Shown: one piece after another, positions 56,651 through 64,000 of the stretch | How positions within the stretch are numbered: the first letter of the stretch is position 1 | Layout of the letters: the number at the start of each line of letters is the position of its first letter | Origin: Chloroflexota bacterium | GTDB lineage: Bacteria > Chloroflexota > UBA11872 > VXOZ01 | DNA length: 64,000 nt | Assembly: GCA_965221905.1 (NCBI GenBank) | Contig: OZ244922.1 | Span: 2,848,001-2,912,000, forward strand | Reading direction: 5' to 3' | Translations under genes and position numbers: made by a program | The notes under the pieces: generated by a model | Told to the model about the DNA's origin: nothing | Database searches by the model: none | What the model saw: the letters and a program-made list of their open reading frames with translations, nothing else

Positions 56651-58360
56651 TCACGTGCGTCCGAATTCCCGCGCCAATTGCGAGTGCGAAAGACGCACCA
56701 TCGTGGGCCGGCCGTGGGGACACGTGCGCGCAAGGTCGCAGCGCTCCAACGCGCCCAACAGCGCCTCAATCTGCTCGTGCGAGAGCGTGTCTCCGGCCTT
56801 TACCGCTCCGTGGCATGCAATTATCCATCGGAGCCGCTCCAGGGGATCGCCGCGATAGTCGGGGTTATCCTTTTGCTCGATCACCGTCGCTACAAATTGC
56901 CCCCAGTCATGACCTTTCTCCGCGAGGAAAACGGGAACCGCCCGCAATAGCCATGCGCCGCTGCCAAAGGGCTCCAGCGCAAACCCCATGCGCTGGATTT
57001 CCTCCACGTGCGCCTCCAGCCATTGCAGGTGCGTCGGCGCAAGTGAAAGCGGCTGCGGCTGGAGTAACTGCTGGCTTTGTGCTTCGGGCAAGCGCTTGAG
57101 CACGGCTTCGTAGAGGACACGCTCGTGCGCTGAATGCTGGTCGATTAGATACATGCCGTCGAATCCCTCGGCAATCACGTACATCGCGCTGAGTTGTCCC
57201 ACGACGCGCAACTCTGAGGGCGCAACTGGAGCGGCGGGCGCCGAACCGTTGTCCGGTGCGACCGATGCGTCATCTGCCGGACGAAAGAGGTCTACCGCCT
57301 GCGCGGATCGGCCCGGGCTCACGGGCGCTTCGGTTCCGCGCCACGAATCCATGGACTGGAAGTGCTGGCGCATTGGCTGCACTGCCACGTGCTGCGCCAG
57401 TTCCGATCGCATCACGTGGCGCATCTGCCGCATGACACGGCCGCTATCCTTTAGCCGAATGTCAGACTTTTGCGGGTGGACGTTTACGTCGACTTCCTCC
57501 CATGGGAGCGAGACGTCCAAGGCTGCCAATGGGTACCGTCCGTCAGGCATGAGCTCTGCGTATACGTCCGTGACAGCATAGGCTAGGGCCCGCTGCTGCA
57601 CCCAGCGGCCGTTTACGAAAAGAGAAACTCCCGTCCGGTTGCCGCGATTCACGGTGGGCTGAACGAGCACGCCGTGCATTAGCGGATCATCCACTGGAAT
57701 CAATTGCTCGGCAATCTCGTGGCCGTACATTGAGATAAAGACGTCCTCCATCCGTCCGCTGCCACTTGAAGAAAAGACCTCTCGCCCATTGACGCTAAGT
57801 TCAAAGCGCACCGCGGGATGGCTCAGAGCAAGATGCTGCACGCACTGGACGATTCGCTGCGTTTCGGCCTGAGGGCTCTTACAAAAGGCGAGCCGCGCCG
57901 GTACGTTGAAGAAAAGGTGCCGCACATCCACGGCAGTGCCTACCGGCCCGGCCGTCGCCGCCATCTCGGTCTGCTCGCCGCCAACGGCTGTCAGCACATG
58001 CGCCGACCAGTCCTGTGCCGTTCGGGATCGGATATCCAGATGGGAAACCGCCGCTATTGAAGCCAGCGCTTCACCCCGAAACCCCAGCGTGCGTATGGCC
58101 GCAAGATCATCCACACTGCTGATCTTGCTAGTGGCGTAACGGCGCACCGTGAGCGGGAGATCCTCCGCTACAATCCCAATTCCGTTGTCTTCAACACCGA
58201 TACGGCGCAATCCGCCCTGCTCGATTCCAACGGTGATGGCAGTGGCCTGGGCATCGAGGGCGTTCTCACAGAGTTCCTTCACCACCGATGCCGGACGTTC
58301 GACTACTTCCCCTGCCGCAATCTTCGCCGCAAGTGCGGCAGGCAATATTTTGACGGCCAT
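56651..58360 (-). CDS. mutL: DNA mismatch repair endonuclease MutL
   Basis: GEVVERPASVVKEL, GFRGEALASI, DQHSAHERVLYE, ACH, CPHGRP. Confidence 0.96.
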   Translation of the reverse strand: MAVKILPAALAAKIAAGEVVERPASVVKELCENALDAQATAITVGIEQGGLRRIGVEDNGIGIVAEDLPLTVRRYATSKISSVDDLAAIRTLGFRGEALASIAAVSHLDIRSRTAQDWSAHVLTAVGGEQTEMAATAGPVGTAVDVRHLFFNVPARLAFCKSPQAETQRIVQCVQHLALSHPAVRFELSVNGREVFSSSGSGRMEDVFISMYGHEIAEQLIPVDDPLMHGVLVQPTVNRGNRTGVSLFVNGRWVQQRALAYAVTDVYAELMPDGRYPLAALDVSLPWEEVDVNVHPQKSDIRLKDSGRVMRQMRHVMRSELAQHVAVQPMRQHFQSMDSWRGTEAPVSPGRSAQAVDLFRPADDASVAPDNGSAPAAPVAPSELRVVGQLSAMYVIAEGFDGMYLIDQHSAHERVLYEAVLKRLPEAQSQQLLQPQPLSLAPTHLQWLEAHVEEIQRMGFALEPFGSGAWLLRAVPVFLAEKGHDWGQFVATVIEQKDNPDYRGDPLERLRWIIACHGAVKAGDTLSHEQIEALLGALERCDLARTCPHGRPTMVRLSHSQLAREFGRT

Positions 58361-58671
58361 GCTTAGTTCCTTTCCACGTTCTCCCTGGTAGCAGGATAGC
58401 AATCGCAACCGTTGGGGGTCAAAAGCCCCCGCCGATCATGCGCACATTGACGGGTTGAATCTGGAAGGGGATACAAGCCCTTGCAACGGACCTGCCGGAC
58501 GGAAACACAGTTCCGCTCGTTTCTTTGACCCGCCTAGAATCGCTAGGCTCACGTCCGGAGTGCGGACAAAGTCAAAGACTAACCCTCTGCCACTGCAAAC
58601 ACAAACCTAGAGCGATTGAGTCATATATAACTCTCTTCACCATCAAATCTAATATATATATATAAAGATAC

Positions 58672-58700
58672 TTGACAGAGAGCCACGCATCTTTTAGAAT
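58672..58700 (+). promoter_or_regulatory. Sigma70-type promoter of the hsp20 gene
   Basis: TTGACA-17 bp-TAGAAT with an AT-rich upstream tract. Confidence 0.8.
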
Positions 58701-58747
58701 GCTACTAGAGGCTTGGTTCAAAACTAACAACAAGTGGAGGTAATACC

Positions 58748-59197
58748 ATGGCTGAACTCAAGCGCTACGAGCCCCACACGTTCGCAACCGCACAGGACAT
58801 CTTCGATCGACTATTCGATCGGTCCCTCTTTGGCCCGGGACTCTTCTCAAATGGGACCACACCGCACGCAAGCCGAGGCTTCCCATCCAACCTATGGGAA
58901 ACCGACGAGGCATACGTGCTGGAGCTGGCGATACCGGGTGTCAACCCTGACGACGTCGAAATGACCCTGAGCAAAGGCAGCTTGATCATTAAGGGCCGGT
59001 ACGATCAATCCGAGACCACCGCTGGAACCCGAATCTGGCATAATCTGCCTGAGGGCAAATTCGAGATTGCGTACACGTTGCCGAGCGCTGTCTACGCCGA
59101 CGAGGCTGCGGTCTCCTGGTCGAACGGCATCTTCAAGGTGCACCTGCCCAAGGAGGAGAAAGCCAAGTCAAAGCGGCTAAAGATTAACGTCGGCTAG
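58748..59197 (+). CDS. Hsp20/alpha-crystallin family small heat-shock protein
   Basis: LWETDEAYVLELAIPGV, NGIFKVHLPK, C-terminal LKI; GGAGGT RBS. Confidence 0.9.
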   Translation: MAELKRYEPHTFATAQDIFDRLFDRSLFGPGLFSNGTTPHASRGFPSNLWETDEAYVLELAIPGVNPDDVEMTLSKGSLIIKGRYDQSETTAGTRIWHNLPEGKFEIAYTLPSAVYADEAAVSWSNGIFKVHLPKEEKAKSKRLKINVG

Positions 59198-59238
59198 TGG
59201 GAATCTCTCTGTAGGTACCTGCCCATTCGTAAACCAAG

Positions 59239-59272
59239 ACGCCCACGGAGCTTGCACGAGCTCCGTGGGCGT
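59239..59272. repeat. Perfect hairpin downstream of hsp20 (terminator or REP-like)
   Basis: ACGCCCACGGAGCT-TGCACG-AGCTCCGTGGGCGT. Confidence 0.55.
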
Positions 59273-59443
59273 AATGGATTCATTCGCGACGTGGTCTAGA
59301 GCTGCCTCTCCCGCACACCATGGATATGAAGTTGCAGCGCCACATGCACTCCGGTCCCCAGATTGGGGCAAACTCCCGAAAGGGTCGCATACAGAGTTAG
59401 AGAGAAGCATTTTGACGCAGCGCCGCCCTGGGTGGCAAACGTA

Positions 59444-59471
59444 GTAGGGGCACGGCATGCCGTGCCCCTAC
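59444..59471. repeat. GTAG-type REP, perfect 28-bp palindrome
   Basis: GTAGGGGCACGGCATGCCGTGCCCCTAC. Confidence 0.8.
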
Positions 59472-59570
59472 CTCATTACAAAAGACTTCAAGCCTCACAA
59501 ATCGCATGGCCGCCAAGTAGCCCTAGGCAGTTATCATAGCGGGGCCACCGGAGTCAAGCACAAGGGCTGA

Positions 59571-59836
59571 CGGAATTAGTAGACCTAGGCTTGAAGCCTT
59601 TGCGAGGCAGCGGTTCTTGTCATTTGCATATTGCCTTTTGGTGTCATTCCGAGCGCAGCGTCGAACAGGGTTCGCGGAATCTAGAATGCTCCCGACTCTA
59701 GATTCTTCGTCGCGGAGTTTATCCTGAGCCTGCCGAAGGGCTCCTCAGAGAATGACAGTTTGAGGACCTGGCTTAGGCCTGGGTACGGCCACGTGTCTTG
59801 CATGTGACCCATCTAAGCCCAAAGCTACTAATTCCA
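59571..59836. mobile_element. MITE-A copy 2 (uninterrupted, 266 bp)
   Basis: IRs CGGAATTAGTAG / CTACTAATTCCA; flanked by AGGGCTGA and AGGGCTAA (7/8 match); reverse complement of the arms of 14529-16257. Confidence 0.85.
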
Positions 59837-60026
59837 AGGGCTAACTGCCTGTATTTCTCGCGCACGCGAGAATCCAACTTCTGGGCTCCACACCCACCAT
59901 CTATTTTGGAGCAAAAGACTTCGCCCCGCTATTCTCACCTTTGCCAGGTAGAACCATGCATCGCAATCCAAAGCTTCCCATCATGCACAGAGCTTAGTTG
60001 GAAACGCTCCACCGCCTTCAAGCCCC

Positions 60027-61787
60027 TCACCGCTCGACGAGCGCGCTCCCTTGTTCCACTTTCCAACGTTGTGCTCGGTCGTAGAGTTCGCGCGCGCTGC
60101 GCTCGGCCGCGGCTCCCGCTGCTCCGCCCATCGCTGCCAACTCATCAATCCGCTCATCCGATGACAGAGCGTCCACGTGCGTAGCCGTGCGGTTATCCGC
60201 CGTTTCCTTGTGAATGAAAAAGTGTTGGTCGGCGTACGCCGCCACCTGCGGTAGGTGCGTCACGCAGATCACCTGGTGATTCCGCACAAGGCTCCACAGC
60301 TTCTCACCTAGCACCGCGCCGCTGCGGCCGCCGACGCCAATCTCAATCTCGTCGAAGATCAGCACCGGCGTCTCGTCAACGTGGGCAAGCGCCGCCTTGA
60401 GGGCAAGCAGGAGGCGGGATGCCTCGCCGCCGGAGGCAATAGTCGCCAATGGCTTCAAGGGTTCGCCGCGATTGGAGCTAATGAGAAACTCGACGGTATC
60501 GATACCCGTTTGCCCGCATTGCAGCGTCTGCGGCCCTTCCTCAGTTTCCACCAAGAGCCCTTGCGGCACTTCCTCCTGAGTCACGGCCACGTCGAATTGC
60601 ATATGCGGCATGCCGAGCAATGCTAGTTCCCGGTGCACGGCAGCGACCAAGTCTCCTACGCCGAACTTCCGTTTCGCCGAGAGTTCGACCGCGCGTGCAG
60701 CGAGCTCGCCGGTGAGTCGTTGCAGTTCGCGCGCGATATCTTCCGCGTGGTCCTCGCTGGTTTGAATGCCGGTCAGCTCTGTCGCCGCTTGCTCCGCATA
60801 CGCCAATATCTCTGCAATGCTATTCCCGTACTTGCGTTTCAAGCTTTCGATTATGTCCAGCCGGGCCTCTACCTCCAGCAGTCTCGTCGGCTCACTTTCC
60901 AGACTGCCGGCATAGCGCCGCATGTCGGCGACCAACTCCTCCATCTGAGCCGAAAGCTCTTGTCCGACCTGTAGATGCTGCTCTGCCTCGGGATCGAGTT
61001 CCACCAATTGTTGCAGAGCCTTTACGGCCTCTCCCATCCAATCGTTTGCAGGCCGCGCGGGTTCGGCGGCATCGCTGAGCGCTTCGAGAATCTGACCCGA
61101 GATATCCACAAGCTCCGCACTGTGACGCAGCCGCCGATACTCGCCCCGCAGCGCATCTTCTTCGCCCGGAGAGAGGCTTGCCTCGGCGATTTCCTGGATT
61201 TGAAAAATAAGCAAGTCGGAGCGCTGGGCCAGCTCCCGTCCATCCCGCTGGAGATGTTGCATTTCAGTCTGCAGGGCATTTGACGCACGATACGCGTGCG
61301 TCAAATGCTGCCGCAATTCATCCAGGCCGGCAAAGCGATCGAGAAAATCCAATTGCAGCTTGGAGCGAAGCAGCGAGAGATTCTCGCCCTGACCGTGAAT
61401 ATCGACAATGAGGCCGACCACCTGCTGCAATGCACCTACGGGCATTGCTCGGCCTTGAATGCGAGCAGTGGTGCGCCCGGAAGCCGCGATCTCCCGCGAG
61501 AGCAGCAAGCGACCGCCATCATCTAGGGTTACGCCGACCTCATCCAATGCTTCTGCGAGGGCCGGACGAACCGTCTCCAGCACGAAAGTGCCTTCAACCC
61601 GCGCCGTACGAGCGCCGCTGCGCACGTCGGCAGCGCCTACGCGATTGCCGAGCAGAGCGCCGATAGCATCGATGACGATCGACTTGCCGGCGCCGGTCTC
61701 ACCGGTAAGGACATTGAACCCAGCGCCAAGCTCGACCTGCACTTCGTCAATCAGCGCGAAGTCATGAATTTCCAAGTGCTCCAACAT
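60027..61787 (-). CDS. recN: DNA repair protein RecN
   Basis: LTGETGAGKS, DIHGQ, ASGGEASR, LIFDEIE, VTHLPQVAA. Confidence 0.96.
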   Translation of the reverse strand: MLEHLEIHDFALIDEVQVELGAGFNVLTGETGAGKSIVIDAIGALLGNRVGAADVRSGARTARVEGTFVLETVRPALAEALDEVGVTLDDGGRLLLSREIAASGRTTARIQGRAMPVGALQQVVGLIVDIHGQGENLSLLRSKLQLDFLDRFAGLDELRQHLTHAYRASNALQTEMQHLQRDGRELAQRSDLLIFQIQEIAEASLSPGEEDALRGEYRRLRHSAELVDISGQILEALSDAAEPARPANDWMGEAVKALQQLVELDPEAEQHLQVGQELSAQMEELVADMRRYAGSLESEPTRLLEVEARLDIIESLKRKYGNSIAEILAYAEQAATELTGIQTSEDHAEDIARELQRLTGELAARAVELSAKRKFGVGDLVAAVHRELALLGMPHMQFDVAVTQEEVPQGLLVETEEGPQTLQCGQTGIDTVEFLISSNRGEPLKPLATIASGGEASRLLLALKAALAHVDETPVLIFDEIEIGVGGRSGAVLGEKLWSLVRNHQVICVTHLPQVAAYADQHFFIHKETADNRTATHVDALSSDERIDELAAMGGAAGAAAERSARELYDRAQRWKVEQGSALVER

Positions 61788-61795
61788 GGGGCATC

Positions 61796-62644
61796 CTAGG
61801 AGCTGTCGAGGGGGATTCGGAGCTTGCGCACCAGCGTCTCGTAGAAGTAGGTACGTTCCTGCACGCGAGCGAATTTGCAGGTTTGAGTCGCAGTAGTCAG
61901 ATGCATCATGCCTTCGTTGGGAAGATCACCTACCAGCAGCCCGTCAATTGTGACCACCGCCTCATGCTGGTGGAATACCTGCAAACGTAACCGCGCCGAC
62001 TGGCGCAAGACAAACGGAGTCGTCGGCCCTCGCAGAGAGTACATCGGTGTGATGAGCAAATTCCGGACCTCTGGATGCAAAATCGGCCCGCCGGCCACCA
62101 TAGAATAGGCCGTTGACCCGGTTGCGGTAGAAATCATCAGACCGTCCGCCACGTAGTCGGCGAGAAAGGCATCGTCAATCCATACCTTTATGTCTAGCAC
62201 TCGCCGCACGTGCCCCTGACTAATCACCGCCTCATTGAGCGCTACCGTCTCTTGCATTTCGCCCTCAATTTGGCAGTCAAGCATAGAACGCTCTTCAATC
62301 CAGTAGTCCTCATTCAAGAAGCGCGGCAACGTCTGGATCGCTTCTGTGGGCAAGAGTTCCGAGAGAAACCCGAGCCGTCCAAACTTCACTCCAACAATAG
62401 GTACGTCATGCTGCGCGCAGATCGGCGCCGCTCGCAAAATGCTGCCGTCACCACCGAGAGTATAGAGCAGGTCTGTGGCAGGGATTCGCTCTTGCCATTC
62501 CGCCTCAGCTTCCACCGGCACGTGCCAGGCACCGTGTCCTTCTTTCTCGATGAGAGAGTGCAGAACGGTAGCAAGCGATTGTGCCTGCGGACGTCCGGGG
62601 TGGTAGAGCAATCCAACTGTCACAGCTCTCCGCCTATCTCTCAT
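61796..62644 (-). CDS. nadK: NAD(+) kinase
   Basis: LGGDGS, GRLGFL, ALNE, ADGL, TGSTAYS..AGGP; conserved adjacency to recN. Confidence 0.93.
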   Translation of the reverse strand: MRDRRRAVTVGLLYHPGRPQAQSLATVLHSLIEKEGHGAWHVPVEAEAEWQERIPATDLLYTLGGDGSILRAAPICAQHDVPIVGVKFGRLGFLSELLPTEAIQTLPRFLNEDYWIEERSMLDCQIEGEMQETVALNEAVISQGHVRRVLDIKVWIDDAFLADYVADGLMISTATGSTAYSMVAGGPILHPEVRNLLITPMYSLRGPTTPFVLRQSARLRLQVFHQHEAVVTIDGLLVGDLPNEGMMHLTTATQTCKFARVQERTYFYETLVRKLRIPLDSS

Positions 62645-62974
62645 TCCAGACTAGACCAACAATTGTGCTTTGGTAGAAGCTTGTCATTCCACCGGCACGT
62701 AAGCCCAGGACTTAGGTGGCAGCAATCTGCGGGCCTTGCCGGAGACGCAATCTTCACTTCCGCTGCCCAGTAACCAATAGCGGTTTGATTATACCGCAGG
62801 GGTAGCGGGAAAAGTACGTGCAGCCCTGCGCAACGGGGAGAGTCCCGCGTCCTCTCTTGCCACGGCATGGCTGCGCGATTGCACGCTACGACAGCATCTC
62901 CCTCAGCGTCTTGGCATTGAAGCAGCTCTTGCGAGAAGCGCCCCTGGCCCATGTCCCAGCACTGCCGTATATTG

Positions 62975-64000
62975 CTAGAGGTCGGTCGTCTGCTGCTGCG
63001 CGCTATACAGCAAACCGTGGGTTATTTGGCGATACATGAGCACCGTTCTCGCCGCAATGCGTTCCTGTGTAAACTCACGGAGAACCCGCTCACGCCCTTG
63101 TGCGCCAAGTTTGCGCCGCAGTGACGGATCTTTGTGAAGCTTGGTCAATGTCTCCGCCAGCGCCTCTGCATCACCCTCCGGGAACGTCATACCGCCCCGT
63201 TCCGCATCAGTGCTACCGACAATTTCAGGGATTTCTCCGGATTCCGATCCTACCACAGGCACCCCGCACGCCATTGCCTCGATGAGCACGCGACCAAACT
63301 GCTCTTTCCAATTCGGCATGGTGAGAGATGGCAAGACGCAGACGTGCATTGCCTGGTAGTGTGCCGGCATTGAATTGCTGGGCACGTGGCCGATGAACTC
63401 AACCTTATCCTGTATTCCCAGGGATTCAGCCTGTGACCGCAGCATCGGCTCCGCCGGGCCGGTCCCAATGAGCTGCACTTGGTAGGGGAATGCGAGCCGC
63501 GACGCCGCGTTGAGCAGCACGTGAATCCCCTTTGCCCGGACCAACCGACCCACGTAGCCGATTTTGAGGACTTCGTCGGAATCGTCTGGCTGGGAGACCG
63601 GAGAGAAGAGGGCGGCATCCACGCCGAATTGCGGAAAGACCGCAGACGGGCACGAGTAGCGCTTTCGGCGCAGCACCTCTTGGGCCTGCCGCGTACCGGC
63701 CTGTGCCGCATGTGACCGCAGCAGCGAGTAGAGTTCGATGAAGTAGAATGGCGGCGGCAAGACCCGGTAGACATTTTGCCAGGCAAAGAAGATCGCCTTG
63801 GCCCCGACTCGCCTTGCCTGCCAAATCGCATGTGCCGTGGCGAAGTTGTAAGGCTCTTCATCAACGTGCACCACGTCGGGCTGCCACTCGACGAGATGAC
63901 GCCGCAGGCTGGGATAGTAGTGCATGTGGTAGTGCCCGTTGAAGCGCATGTGCGCAGGAATCAGCTCATAGCCGGTGGTGTAGCGAGATTCCAACACCTG
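62975..64000 (-). CDS. Glycosyltransferase family 4 (GT-B), N-terminus beyond the right edge
   Basis: HVDEEP, GYVGRLVRAKG, LPSLTMPNWKEQFGRVLIEAMACG. Confidence 0.9.
   Translation of the reverse strand, partial: QVLESRYTTGYELIPAHMRFNGHYHMHYYPSLRRHLVEWQPDVVHVDEEPYNFATAHAIWQARRVGAKAIFFAWQNVYRVLPPPFYFIELYSLLRSHAAQAGTRQAQEVLRRKRYSCPSAVFPQFGVDAALFSPVSQPDDSDEVLKIGYVGRLVRAKGIHVLLNAASRLAFPYQVQLIGTGPAEPMLRSQAESLGIQDKVEFIGHVPSNSMPAHYQAMHVCVLPSLTMPNWKEQFGRVLIEAMACGVPVVGSESGEIPEIVGSTDAERGGMTFPEGDAEALAETLTKLHKDPSLRRKLGAQGRERVLREFTQERIAARTVLMYRQITHGLLYSAQQQTTDL

Noticed and set aside
14529-59836. 45-kb composite transposon or inversion bounded by the two inverted MITE-A copies
   Set aside because: Each copy has its own matching target duplication, so they are independent insertions with no sign of recombination between them; the interval holds core genes

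Overview
64 kb of GC-rich bacterial chromosome, most likely from a Chloroflexota organism (inferred from the adjacent YYY/DUF2298 and TIGR03663 membrane proteins, Tat-lipoprotein solute-binding proteins and the GroEL type). Housekeeping genes: sthA, coaE, rlmD, groL, mutL, an hsp20 gene, recN and nadK. Between them lie many catabolic or accessory genes: a probable glycine-betaine demethylation set (BHMT-like, dimethylglycine oxidase-like, sarcosine oxidase-like), an uncharacterised DUF3604/GNAT/DegT/amidohydrolase cluster, and an AapJJQMP amino-acid ABC transporter with a duplicated binding protein. The best-supported non-coding structure is a nested mobile element at 14.5-16.3 kb: a MITE with 8-bp target duplications carries an intact IS5 and a second MITE, and an uninterrupted copy of the outer MITE sits at 59.6 kb. 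Also present: a candidate structured RNA in front of the dimethylglycine oxidase-like gene, a 23-bp REP-derived tandem array, a gene split by one in-frame TAG, and several enzymes with altered catalytic motifs. I found no tRNA, rRNA or CRISPR array. All calls come from reading motifs by eye; no database searches were run.
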